DNA of 64,000 nucleotides from Negaprion brevirostris (lineage: Eukaryota): the NCBI GenBank assembly GCA_030324005.1, contig JARDVH010000193.1, forward strand, positions 89,318,018-89,382,017, given 5' to 3'. Made by a program: the position numbers and the translations under genes. Of this stretch, positions 38,521 through 51,524 are shown piece after piece. Numbering within the stretch: position 1 is the first letter of the stretch; the number at the start of each line of letters is the position of its first letter. The notes below the pieces were generated by a model. It was not told the origin of the DNA. It saw only the letters and a list, made by a program, of their open reading frames with translations, and did not search any database.

Positions 38521-41360
38521 ACATTGCTGACTTCTAACAGTTCTGAGGAGAGATCCCATCTTGAACATCAAGCTGACTTTCCCTTTCAAACATTAATAAC
38601 AAAGCTACTATGCATCTACTGCTTTTATCTCAGGTTTCCAGGCATTCAATTTTTAATTTTATCTTTATTCACAATGGAAGCCACGTTTCGTAAAAACCTT
38701 CCATTCATAAAAGTAAATTAACCCAATGTTCGTAATAAGGTATACGGCATTTCAAAAATATTCTTTCATAAAGATATTAAAAGCATTGACTGCTTTTGCA
38801 TATAATATTGTGACTCTAAAACTAACACAAAACATAATGCTCCTGATGAAATGGTTTAATATATCCAACAATCCTTTCAATAGGGTAAAATCTTCATTAT
38901 TAAAAATAATTGGATGACTGAGTATAGCAAGCTTCATCTCTCAGACAAGTGTTAAAATAGCTGATTGGTGTTGGAAAAAGTATTTAAAATTCACACACTT
39001 TCCAACAGGTGCCAGAATATATTGAGCAAAATCTTAGCAAGATGAAAAGAATTCTCAAGACTCAATGTTCCCCTCAAATTATTTTCGCCCAGGGAAAACA
39101 GTAAATTAGTTAAAAAGGGACCTCAGGGGGAATTTAATACCATAGAAAACAATAAAGATGAGATAAAACTAATTTTTTATTTCTTGATAAAAATCTCTAG
39201 ATGTAGATTTTCTCTAGAGAAAAAAGAGTACTGACATTGTCACAAGGTAAAGATTTTCATGTGTGCTTACCAAAAAAGGAAGGCAAAATGTGAAAATAAG
39301 AAGCCTTGGCATAATGTTTAGCCTCAAACTTGGTTAAAGTACAGGGTTTGTGTCTCCCAATTTGATCCTGCCAAGCTTTTTCTCCTGTTCTCAGATAAGC
39401 TTCAAAAAAATTCATAACACCAATTAGTTGCCATCAAACACACTCAGAAACGGAATTAGCCACTTCATAATGAGTGCTCAAACTTTCACGCTTACTACAA
39501 ACCAACCAAGATGGAATTGGTTCTAAACTTCATTTCCCTCTTGAGCACAGTCAGAATTTTCAGTTCTCTTCCAACTATTCTTTCAGGTTTCTTTCATATT
39601 AAACCCTTCCTGTCCCTGCTCTAAACAATTTCAATACTCCTGCATGCTGCAGCAGGAATTGACGTACCATATGGAATTCCCACCCAGAATGCTCAATGGC
39701 ATTCAATTGCTTAGAGCCAGATGTAGTGATCAGGTGTGGCAGATCGTGGACAAGTTGGGATGAGAAGAGGGAGCATTGAGTAATGTTATATGGCTGAAGA
39801 GAACAAATTAGATGGAGGCGGTTGCAAAAAGAACCTGATTGAAAGTGGAAAGAAAGTGTGCCTGCATGATCCGGAAGAAAGAAAGAGAGGAGCTGGGTAG
39901 GAGCAATAAAGAATGAGTGCCATTCACATGCAAGCACACACACATACAAATACAGCCAGCACAGGTTTGTAGAGGTAAAAGAATACCTCTGAAAGGGTGT
40001 GTGGGGTAGGATTGAAGAGGTTTGGAGGAGCTAGCATGCCTCTGAATTGTGAAGGCAGTTAGTGGGTGGGATGGGAGAGAGAAAAGGAATTATCTGGAGT
40101 GGAATGTGGTGATTGAAGATAGCTCTTAGTGAATGAGAATTTGATTGGGCTACAAACACAAATATTGCATTCTTAAATTTAAAAACTGTTTGAAGTTAAG
40201 CAGATTTCACTGTAGAGGCAGCATTTGGAAAGAGGGTGTATACTTTTAATTAGTTGTCTCTTATCTAAAATGATTCAGTTCCTTTTGTGTCTTTAGGCTT
40301 TTTATTAAAATTCAAACATCTTTTTGCGTTAATACGATATCTGCTGCTTCAAAAAAATAGGAAACTAATTCCCAAGTTGCAAAATGCAAGAATAGATTTT
40401 AGTAAAATGAAGATGTCCTTTCCTTGTATAATTTGCAATGTGGACTTTGAAGGACTGGGAAAGGCACCAAACATTAACATTTTCTTGTGGCGTATACATC
40501 AAATTACCTTGCGTTTAATCAAAGTTTTGAAAGGTCAAAGGAGTCAGAACATTCTTAAACATCAAACACCACAACAGTTGAACTGTTCAGCTTTTAAAGA
40601 ACTAGAACCCTCAATTAAACAAACTGTTTTAAAAAAACATACTACCTTATTAGAAGGACAATGCCAATATGCAGCTCAAGCTGGAAGGAGTGTTGCTTGG
40701 AGGAAAACAATGAGATATTCCATGTAACAGGAGACATGGTGTCATTACCAAAATACCTGCAAAGTATTTCTGATCTCCAAATTTCAACTTAAAAATGCCT
40801 GAATTCTGATCAGAAATCAAATTTGGAGTTAAGGGGAAAGCAAGATAAAGCCATAGCAGCTATTTGGGCACTAATCTCAGTTAAAGCACTGACCCTTCAA
40901 TAATGTATTTTCTCTTTAATAGATATCAACAGTTGGGTGCAGTGAGGGCATTTTTTTTGCACAGATTAAACAAACGCCAACATAAGACGACGGAAAAAGG
41001 GTTCAATATTGAAGGTTTTTTTTTTAAAATTACCCTTCACCACGATGTATTATAAAACCCCAAAAAGCTGCAACCTCTCAAACACATTTTTTTGTTGCAC
41101 TATAACTAACTTGAGACAAATGTTTATTTGGCAAATTTCAAATGAAACTTCAATGACAACAACATATAAAATTGACTGGGATGGTTTTTCATTTCTGCAG
41201 TGCTCCTCCATTATTTGGCCAAAAGAATGTATTGCAGCAAGTAGCAGAATCATAATCAGGTTACGGTCTTGACAGAGAAAGGCGCCCTCAAAAGGGCTAA
41301 AGATAACTGTAAATTGAACAAGTTACAGTGCAGACTGGAAGCTTATGTTGCTGGAAACTA

Positions 41361-41409
41361 CATTCAAAACATTAGTTCAAATCATTCAAAACATTAGTTC
41401 AAATCATTC
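41361..41409. repeat. Perfect 22-bp tandem duplication
   Basis: CATTCAAAACATTAGTTCAAAT x2 plus CATTC. Confidence 0.9.
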
Positions 41410-43703
41410 TAATCTTAGATTGTTTCAGACTTGTTTACCATTGGAATCAACTATTGGAACAACCAGCAATGAAAGATCCTGAACTGGTTAGATTTGCAGG
41501 TTGATGGATTCCATTATTCAAGTCAATTGTCAGTTGAAAAAATGACAAACAAAAAAAGGTGATACTGCTCCCAAGTGGTTGTCAAGCTTTGCATGATTAA
41601 TGCTTAAGCTTTGCATCAGGGCATCATATTTTCCAATTTATATTTTTAAAAGGTGTGCTGCAAAGTGTAGTTTCAGACTAAAGGATTACATTAATGTACA
41701 TCATCTCTCACACAACCAAGTGTATTTAAAGTCACCCAGATGAAATTCCACTTCATCAATGTTTACTATGTCAATAATGCATTTCCTGGATTTTCAGTTC
41801 TAGGTATTTGACTTGTACTTGGTGTTCAAACCAGAAGAAACTAGAGTTTGGTTCCAAGAATGAGATTTGTATGTGATCTTTGATCCAAGTNNNNNNNNNN
41901 ATCCAAGTATATGAAAATCAAATTCTTGGGTCAGTATGGCTTCAGAACTATAAGTCTTTCTGCATATACTGGGGAAATACAGAATAGAACCACTTGATTA
42001 AAACTAGGAAGCACTCAGCTGTACTCAAGGATGCCCGACAATGTTTAGGCTAATGGAATTCCAGCAAAATGGAATTAACAGGACTGAAATAAACTAAATG
42101 AATGACCAAATTTCACTGATGCCACAATTCCAGTCTTCTACCATTGACTATTAACACATTACAATCACATATCTCAAAAGATATCAAATTCAAAATGGTT
42201 TAATCCAGGGTTGTCAAAGGCACTGTTGTCTGCTCAGAAGAGATAGGGAACATAAAGCAGTCTAATAGTTTGTGTTTATGCCTTAGATATGGACTTTCAA
42301 ATTGAAAGTCAAGAGTTTCAGCATACCTTGGAATTCAGGGAGTTGAGCCTTTTGGGCAAGGCCACAGTTTCTGCTCAGTTCTTTGTGGTCTTAAAAAACT
42401 GCTAAAGTGGTCCTTGGGCAATAGAAAGCCTTTCCTCCTATTAAACTATGAATCACCAACTATATGTAGCTTTCCATGAATCATCTCAACCATCATAGCA
42501 GGTATTTTTAAATCAAACTCATTTGTTAATGTAGAACAAGTGATTTTTTTTCTGCAACACAAATTTGCATCATTGTAAGTCTGTCTCCAACTTCCCTTTC
42601 CCAGTCTTGCACCTGAGCACTCAGTAACCTTGAAAAGTACAAGGCAGAACAACTTGTGAAACTATGACTCTATCTTAGAATCACACAGGAATGGAAACAG
42701 TTTAGTTTTCCCAGTAACTATTTCTTCCAAGTATTTTAAGCCAAATCTATTTTGCATATCATCATCGTTACGAGCGGCCCCAGTTTATAATCCACTATTA
42801 AGTCAGTGACACCAAAAGTATTTGGAAAAGATTGTAATTTCATGAAAACAACATCCAATGGCAGCATTAGTTCACAACTTTGTTTTTTAAAAAATTAGTA
42901 TCACTCTATCCAAGTACATCTTGACGTTCACTATCACTTACCTGACGTATCAAGCTCATATACTCGGAGATTGCTCATTTACACACACACACCGATACAT
43001 AGCTACATATTCTGACAACTTCCTCACCACTGTTTAAAATGGTTAGCTTATGACTCATTAAATGTCACTGATTACAGGCATGTTAAGTTATACTGCTGGG
43101 CTCCAAACATTACCATGCTATTCACAGAACCCATCAGAAACTCAGCACAACAAATCATGTAGTTTTCCTTAAAGGGGTCATGTGGACTTGAGGCGTTGAC
43201 TGTGTTTCTCGCTCCACAGATGTGGTTGTATCTGCTGAGTTTGTCCATTTTTGTTTCAGATTTCCAGCGTCTGCAGTACTTTACATTCACATTACTGCAT
43301 TGATCCAGTCAGTTATTTTCATGAAGTTACAATATGCAATATGGGCAATAAATAGAAATTTTTATCAATGACCTGTTCTGTAACATTCATCTGTTGCATG
43401 TATGTTTGGAACCAAAATAATAAAAGTTCACTTATAATGGACAAATCTGGTCGTAAATAGGTACATTGGCCTGAAAGATTTCTTGAGCAATTTGACCCCA
43501 TCTTCAACATTCCTAGTCTGATGTTATTCCTCATCGCCTACACCCACCACCCTCCAAAACTCCTTCATATAAAGTCTAAAATACTGATCAGATGAAAATT
43601 GCAGTGTCAAACCAATTTGCACCTTCATTTCGTTAGAGGAACTATCTTCCAACTTTGCTTTGTGCTCCAAGTCTTTTTTGCACTTAGTCCAGGAGCAAAT
43701 TTA

Positions 43704-43928
43704 TTAGAAGGCACGTCCCTGGTATGATGTTTCTTTTGTAACTGCATCCCTTTGCAGCACTGTGGTGCCAGACTGCATATTTAAGTCCACTGGTGGTAAA
43801 GTTGGAAGTTGCTTTTTTGTGCCAGGAGATGGTACTGTCTCTTTAGTTTCTGCCTCAGTTTGCCCAGGTACCACAGGAATTTCTTTTACTTGTGGCTGCT
43901 CATTGGCTATCAATGGAGCTCTACTTGC
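43704..43928 (-). CDS. ZDHHC9: ZDHHC9 probable terminal coding exon
   Basis: catctttgttag acceptor, phase 0, open for 74 codons ASRAPLIANEQPQVKEIPVVPGQTEAETKE...QGRAF then TAA; low-complexity P/E/T-rich tail as expected for ZDHHC9. Confidence 0.8.
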   Translation of the reverse strand, partial: ASRAPLIANEQPQVKEIPVVPGQTEAETKETVPSPGTKKQLPTLPPVDLNMQSGTTVLQRDAVTKETSYQGRAF

Positions 43929-46284
43929 CTAACAAAGATGAAACAGTAAGAAAAGTTACTATGGCGGACAAGTTAGAGGAAATCATGCAAAAATCTAGAT
44001 GGATAAGAAACAAAATGATGGTAGCAATCACTACAATCGCCCCAAATTCTTCTTTAACTTAATCTATACGAATGCACATGTTCAACTGTATTATATTCTG
44101 CATCCAAATTCTGTGATCCAAGCATTCAAGAGAATAAATAATTTCCATTTTCTTCACATCATGTTGCATTTCTGATCCAAATTAAGTTATATGTAAAATA
44201 TGAAACAAGGAAAGCTATAAATGTACACAATAGTTGGAACAGCATCCAAAAATATTGCTAGTATTGATGGAGTTGCTGTGCACTTCCAGTAGGAAGTTTT
44301 TTCCTCCAATAATTCATGTAACCAGGCTTGGACAAACAACATTTCACATGAACGAGACACTAGAATCAGCTAAGGAGGAACATGAAAGAAAATAACGTCA
44401 GCTCTACCAACGTGTTCCGAGTGACCGGCACCTTTTAATAAAACTGCAAGGCTGACATGGCTGAAAGTTCAACTTGCAACATTCTACATATTGAAAATAA
44501 TACAAATATTACCCTCATTTGGTAAGGGGACATGCAGTGCAACTCATAGAAAAAGCATGGAGATTAATGAATGGGAGAGATATATATGTTGCAAGAGAAA
44601 ACTGAGACAACGAACAGGAATTTCAAACAGCCTTAGTATTGAGTTAGTTACCTAAGTGAAGAGATACAAAAAGTGATGTAAAGAACACAAGATGGTGACT
44701 GCATCTATATAGATGAGAGAAGACGACAAACCAACCAAGAGTGTGAGTAAACTAGAGCAAACCACAAGAGAGAGTGGTCTCCATTTTACCTCAGGATCAA
44801 AAGAGCATTGCAAGGCAGATGGTGGGACTGAAGAGGTATTTTCCCCAGAGTAACCAATTAAGTTTACAGCTTTAGGCACAGATGTGGCTGCTGCAGAGAG
44901 AAGATGCTCCAATGGAGGGTGGGGGATAATTTTTTCAATGTGCCAGGGCTAGGTGATCTGAGGGGGTGAACCATCCAATGGTGGGCTTTGGAACAGGGAG
45001 TGGCCATTGCCACCACAGAGCTCCTCTCATAACCAAGGACCAGAAAGAAGTCTAGGATACCATTGCAATATATCTGATGGTCTCCCCATGTGACACCATG
45101 AAAATACAGACAGGGGAGTAAAGTGATCATGACTGTGCTGGCTACCCACTTCCAGCTGGAAAAATGCCATCATTTTCCCTTTTGGAAATATTCTGTGGTG
45201 AGAAAACGCCAGGCTTCCATCCCAATGCCTTCTGCTGTCATTTTACAAGCTATGCTGCCTCATGGCTCATCGCAAAGAGGGCTGATAAAATTGCTACAAG
45301 TGAGAGAGAAAGAGACATACAATGAGAGTAAAACCCAGAAGGGAAAAAAAATGTTTGAATATTATTATTATTTCCTCAGTTCATTGGTGTTCCATTTTAA
45401 AGTAAGCAGGACCAGTATTCCAATTTACCATTTTACAATTTTTTTTATCCTTCTGGGAAGCCAGAAAGGTGTGTGAAAGATCATAGGTGCACGTGTGTTA
45501 GATTTTTTTAAACAGCTGGTAGCTCAGAAAGACCAAAGCTGCTAGATTATGATTTTTAAAAATTCAACTGTTTCACATAGTTTCAGAGAATTGGACTTGT
45601 TAGGTCTGGACGACAATGGACTCCCATCTGTGTAGTTTAACATCCTCCAGGTGCCTTGCCATTATAATCATCCCCAAATAAAATTTAAAAAACTAATGAC
45701 TGATGTCCAAAAAGAGGGGGAATTGTAAGTAATAGCATGTCCTGGACATCTCACCTCATTTAAAATGCACTGACCTTTGCAGACAAATACAACAAGGTCC
45801 TGTAAACAACAAATGGGTTGAGAGACAGCTTTTTTTTTTCAGTGGTGCGGATTGAGAGAATGAGACTTGTGCTTCGTAAGCATCATAAGATGTTTAACTC
45901 CCAAATCTGAGGTAATGATAGAGCCTCAAGTTATCCAAAGATAGCAATTAATGTCAGAGTAACCTCTTTAGTAAGGGACTGAAATGTTATGTAGCTTGTG
46001 CATTCAAGTTACATTCAAGTGAAGCAGCTTAATCATTCTGAACAAATCCCATTGTTTAGGTGAAGAAAATGGGCCACGAGGTTCACCAAGCCCACTCCTT
46101 CTGACTAGATCCCACTTTTCCAGCAAACCATCCAAGCGTTTCTTGAACCTGCTCTGCAGTTTTCCGCAGTAGCTTATTCGTAATAAAGAAAACAGTACTT
46201 CATAACATCCATTTTCAGCCCAGGTTTTCCAGTTTTTAGGATTTGGGATACACTTAAACTGCAGAAATGTCACATGGGTCTTAC

Positions 46285-46372
46285 CGTAATTTGTGGCACT
46301 GTACTTGCAATTCGATTAGCAGAGGCTGAAACACCAGCGTCCTCCTGAATAAGCCCCCTCCTGTCAAGAACA
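46285..46372 (-). CDS. ZDHHC9: ZDHHC9 penultimate coding exon
   Basis: ttctttttag acceptor, gtaaga donor; 88 nt; SVLDRRGLIQEDAGVSASANRIASTVPQIT. Confidence 0.92.
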
Positions 46373-46757
46373 CTAAAAAGAAATGCAGCTGATATTGATT
46401 TCTAATTAAATAAAACCTTTTATTCCCTTTCATGGCCTAAACATGGTGAGGTGTGGAATTATTACAAGACAGAGAAAATTAAAAGAGTTACACACACTAG
46501 CATGCACATGGGACGTAATATGGTATTATTGTGATGATATGTTGTCACCTTAATGGTGCCATATTTGCTAATCTTCAACCATCTTTTGTATAATGGAGTA
46601 CTCATTAAAACAGTAACAAGACAGATAATTGATAATCAAGGTGCTGATCAATGACTGAATGAATGTTGACGAGTACACTTAAAGAATTCCTGCTCTTAGC
46701 ATTTTGACATCACTTCATTGATCTTCTGAATTTAAAAGCAGCATAAAAAAGTTTTAC

Positions 46758-46861
46758 CTTGGTGGCACTGGCCCACATAGGATCTCGCAACAATTCTTCA
46801 GTACACCATCATGGCTGTAAGGGTTATGAATTCCATTCTTTCCTGACCAAGAGCCTTTAAT
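46758..46861 (-). CDS. ZDHHC9: ZDHHC9 coding exon (NPY / PaCCT region)
   Basis: ctttcacag acceptor, gtaaaa donor; 104 nt; [34 protein letters not shown]. Confidence 0.95.
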
Positions 46862-47990
46862 CTGTGAAAGGCAATTTGAAAATTTAAACGAATAAAGTTC
46901 CCACAAGTACAAACACTGAACCTTCTCATCTCTAGCTACAAGAATTTTAGAAGCAAAGCAACCCATATGAATGCTGAACCATGTTATGAGCAACACATGG
47001 ATCATTCTGTGCAATACATTTTACAATTTAGGGTTGTAGGCTCCTACAGGGATCAAATTGAAATGGTAATTACAACGGGACTGCATTCTCCACGTCATAC
47101 TAAACTCAGCTTCAACAGTGCCACCCATCAAATCAACATTCATTAAGGCCATCCAACTGCAAAGTTAAGACTTGGCTTGTATTTCATAAATCAAGTCTAT
47201 GTTTGAAAACAGGTTGTAACAGCTTATGTTCTGACAATTATCACACTTCACTTATGCACAAATGTAAAATTACAATTACAATGTTCAACATTCACCAATC
47301 TTCTAAAGTAATAGGACACAAGCAAACTAACAAGTATTATTGTGAAACAGCATTGCCTCAAAAGGGAAAGAATCAATTTTGACATCAATATGAACAGCAC
47401 ACTTATTAAAATCCGTTTAAGTGTCGACACTTCTACATCAACAAAGCTGTTGCACTCTATTTGAAGCAGTTTTAATATTAATGGTTAAGATGTACTTGTG
47501 TAAAAATTCTTCACTTATGTACAATTTTATCTTTTGCAGTGCACCACTGTCTCCCATGGGACCCACAGAAGGAGAATAGGTTAAAAGACTGTTTTGTGTC
47601 TTCCAAGAGTTCTTCAGATCCAGAACAATTTAGTTCTGAGCATCATTGATGTGGAAGTCATCACTGATACATAAGCAGCTTTCAGAAATGGGAGCTTTGC
47701 ACAGACATTACAAATATGAATAAGCAAAGTGGCAAAACTATTGTATTCATTATGTAACATAGAGAACATTCTTAATTATATGCTAATTACATCAAGTTGA
47801 GATCATAAATCATAAATGTTACTAGCTGTGTTCAATAACGACTAATAACCAACCAACTTTGGATGAAAAGAAAGTATACACACATTTTACAAGTTGTCAA
47901 ATTTTAAGGTAACTTTTTGTGGTTGGTTAACAAAAGTTATCCCCCAAAAAGTCACTCTACCTAGTCCTGTGTCGTAGGCATATTACTTAC

Positions 47991-48093
47991 ATCTTCATTG
48001 GTGGTCTGGTTGAGTGCAATAAGGTAGGTGTGAAATCCAGACAGGCCAATCACAGACCATAATGTGAAGAAGCAAATCACCACTTCTAATACC
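47991..48093 (-). CDS. ZDHHC9: ZDHHC9 coding exon (TM4, TTNE motif)
   Basis: AC acceptor, gtaagt donor; 103 nt; [34 protein letters not shown]. Confidence 0.95.
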
Positions 48094-49827
48094 GTAATGG
48101 AAGAGTTAAAGAATGTTCAGTGGGAAATACACCTTCAAATAGTTATAACATTCATTTCTTTTTTCACAGCAAGCTCTGAACATTTCAAACTATGAACTGT
48201 TACTTAGCTAAACAATACTAACATAACTAATACACCATTTCAACTGAATAGTCACATCAGCTTTGAATATCAAGTACTTATGAGAGCAATATATAATGTT
48301 TACTGTGCACCAACACAAATTATTCCTTTTTAAAGTGCACAAATTATTCTATTTTAAACACCAGAATAGCCAAAACTGCTGAGACGCAGAAGGTCACACT
48401 TCATTAGCACAGGGAAACAAACTAAACTCAAGTTCAACTATCGGAAATTGGCTGGTATACCAGTACAATACCCAGATGAGCTCCCCACTGCCATTGGGTC
48501 TTCAATGTTCATCTGCAGGAGCAGATGATACTTCACTCCTCTCCGATCCTTTGGACACAATTCTACATTTGAGTGTTTTCGATACTGCACCAAGGGCATA
48601 AAGACGTAATATATTTGGATTTCAAAGAAACATTATCAAAAAGTCAATTCATGACTGAAAGTATATGAAAATCAGGGGACAAGCTGGCTACAAACTAGAA
48701 CTCAGCAGGGGCTACTCACTTGTAAGATGGGGAATAGTGCTGAGCAAGAAACAGTGCTGAAACTGTTGCTCATTTCAATAAATAATTTCAGTTCAGGAAT
48801 TGAAAGTACCTGGCTTCTAAGTCTAAAACCAGAGAACATAATTTCAGTATAAGGGATAAATCATTTAACATTGAGTTGAGGAGGAATTTCTTCCCTTAAG
48901 GGGGTGGTGAATCTTTGAAATTCTCTCCACCAGAGAGCTACCATCCAGACAGCAATCTTTACATGTCTGGAAACTAAGGACAGGAAGGAGATAGAGTGGG
49001 AAAGTGGCCTCGAGGTAGATGATCAGCCATAATCTAATTGAATGATGGAGCAGACTCAGCAAGCTGAATGGCCTCTCTTGTTCCTATGTTCTTGTCCTCC
49101 TAAAGAGTCTAAAACAAGATAAAAGTAAGTGGAGTTGTCACAGACTCCACAATGAAATCCTAGTCTTAAACTTAACAGGGAGGATGGAAATACTTCAAAA
49201 ATTAGCAATGGAAGTAAAGGCCAACTATTTATTAGTCAGCCAATTCAATGAATAAGTTGTGAAAAGTTTGATAGGAGGGGGTAACTGATATTTCCCTTGA
49301 GCAGCAGAATAATAAACCCATTTCAACATTTGTGTGTTAAGCCATTCATTACTCATTTCATTTGGTCAATTTAAAGTACGATTCAACTAAATACTATGAT
49401 ATAGCTTAAATACGAAACCATCATATCCTTCAATACTGATCTGACTACACTTCATGGGGTTATCGCTTTCAAATCTAATTATATTCTCTCCAACGAACAC
49501 ATCTCACCCTAATGCCACACACTTCCAGGTTGCAAATTTCTCCTTCCTTGAGCAAGGTGGTGTTAGACTCATTGTAATCCCACAAACTATCAGTGGTAAC
49601 AGACTAAATCAGAGACCACTGATCTAATCCTAGATACTGTTCCACAGTAACCCACTTCTTCACCCATAGTTTGTTTTTAACCAAGATTTAGAAACTGCAT
49701 TTGAAATTTCAAACAAACGTGCATTCTGATGGCTTCCACACAACACAAATCTTCAAAGTCCAATAAACCACAACATATGCTCGTAATTTCAAACACTGAT
49801 GAACAATTTTAATTCTCAAAAGGATAT
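48094..49827 (-). other. ZDHHC9: U12-type (minor spliceosome) AT-AC intron of ZDHHC9
   Basis: Minus strand begins ATATCCTTTT, has branch-site-like TTCTTTAAC at 48113-48105 and ends CATTAC; joining AC|G gives in-frame ...[13 protein letters not shown]. Confidence 0.93.
48720..49095 (+). mobile_element. CR1-type LINE 3' fragment inside the U12 intron
   Basis: GAGTTGAGGAGGAATTTCTTC...GGTGGTGAATCTTTGAAATTCTCT...GAATGGCCT...GTTCCTATGTT. Confidence 0.75.
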
Positions 49828-49876
49828 GTTCCTGGTGTGTCCTTAAGGGTATTTAAAAAGCCATTGTCCACTGATC
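49828..49876 (-). CDS. ZDHHC9: ZDHHC9 49-nt coding exon preceding the AT-AC intron
   Basis: ttttaaacag acceptor; RSVDNGFLNTLKDTPGT; followed by ATATCCTTT (U12 5' splice site). Confidence 0.92.
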
Positions 49877-51524
49877 CTGTTTAAAAAAAGGAAAATATTT
49901 TGAACAGACAGGCCAGAGGCAGAAAAACAACGTCTTGTTTAACTTTTTTCTACATTACAAGAGACACAGTGGGATAGGGGAGGTGGTGAAATTCAGTTAA
50001 AATAAAGTAGGCTACAGGATGGGCACCCTATCGATATTCTTGTTTGACAGATTTATACCACATATGAAAATCTGTGGCATCTGAAAGCACAAGGGCTTAA
50101 ACAGCAACTTCCTGGATTCTGAAAATAATGTTGATGACAGAAGTCTCGTAGGAGTAGCAACAAAAAAAAAAATGGCACCATTTTCAGAATGCAAGCAGCA
50201 ACACAATTAAGCTCCAAGAAAGTCTGCAGAGGAACAGCACAGCCTTAAAGGCTAGGAAATTTGGTTACAGTTGTCCCAAAGACACAGCTATCAGGTTATC
50301 ACTAATGGGTAAGGAAAGGTGGTTGTGTTAATCTTCTGGTGTAAATTGCATTGCAGTGAGCATTTGATCTGCATTTTTATGCAATTGCTTTAATAATAGC
50401 CACGTGTATACTTTTTGACTGAACTTTTTTTGGAAGATACGATAAAATCTCTCATTTTCATGAGAACAGGTGTGAATAAGTATGTTTTTATGGCTTATTT
50501 TGCTAAAAAAACTGCCGTGGGCAAAATAATTATTTGGGTAAGAAAAGCCAGCAGTCTGCATAAATAGTCCATTCAGTGATCACTTTCATTTTTGTGAAAT
50601 CTTTAATAGTTGTAAACTCTAAAGTAAAAGCTGCCGTCTTGGAAATTGCTTTATTTTATGAATAGCAAAGTAATTACAAATTGAAGGAAAATATCTTAAA
50701 AGATCAGCAACTTTCACACTGTACAACCAGCAATATTTTTTCCTGTCTAAACAGAGGTCTCAAAATATCAAAAGAACAAAGAATATTGGCCCATTTGGAA
50801 ATAATGGTGGCGTAATCAGCGCTCACCATTATTATGGAGTGAATTGGGCAATGTCTGGCATCTATCAATAAGAGCAAAATATGAAGGATGCTGGAGATCG
50901 GAAATGAAAAAGCGCTGGAAAAGCTCAGCCGGTCTGGCAGCATCTGTGAAGACAGGGGAACAGAGTTAACGTTTTGATAACGCTTTGAAGATCTCTTGAT
51001 GCTGCTGGAGGTCAGTGCAACAAATGGCATCAGTTCTTTCCAGTGCTGTCCCCCACCATGAATGGTTTCAGCAGCTACTTCAGCATCTTGCCATGTTCCG
51101 CCAGAGGGGAGGGGGAAATCAATGGAGCCAAGTCACTCCAAAACCAGGTTGATGAGTAAATAAGTTCTGCACCAATCACTAGCAAGTGCTTCATTATTTA
51201 TATTTAGAATTTACGAGTAAAAGTTACTTCATTTAGGAATGGTCAATATTTCATTTCCCACCCCCACTGCCATGAGAAAAACAATTTAGACATTAATTTG
51301 CTTAAAGTCACACTTAAGAATGGAGTTAAAGTGAGGAATCCCTGTAGCAGACACACGATTCTGCACCACATCACTGAGTGGTAAGGACAATAGCCTGGCA
51401 GAGTTTGGTGTTAGCTTACAGTTTAAGGCCATGCAATTTCCAGTCCCAACTATGGAGTCAGCTATGGCCAGAGCTTGGTTTTTGGATGCATGCATGTTTA
51501 TATTCATCAATAGTGGCATCCCTG

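Noticed and set aside
40287-40727. 146-aa ORF on +
   Set aside because: No recognisable domain, non-ATG start, AT-rich, antisense to the probable ZDHHC9 3' UTR.
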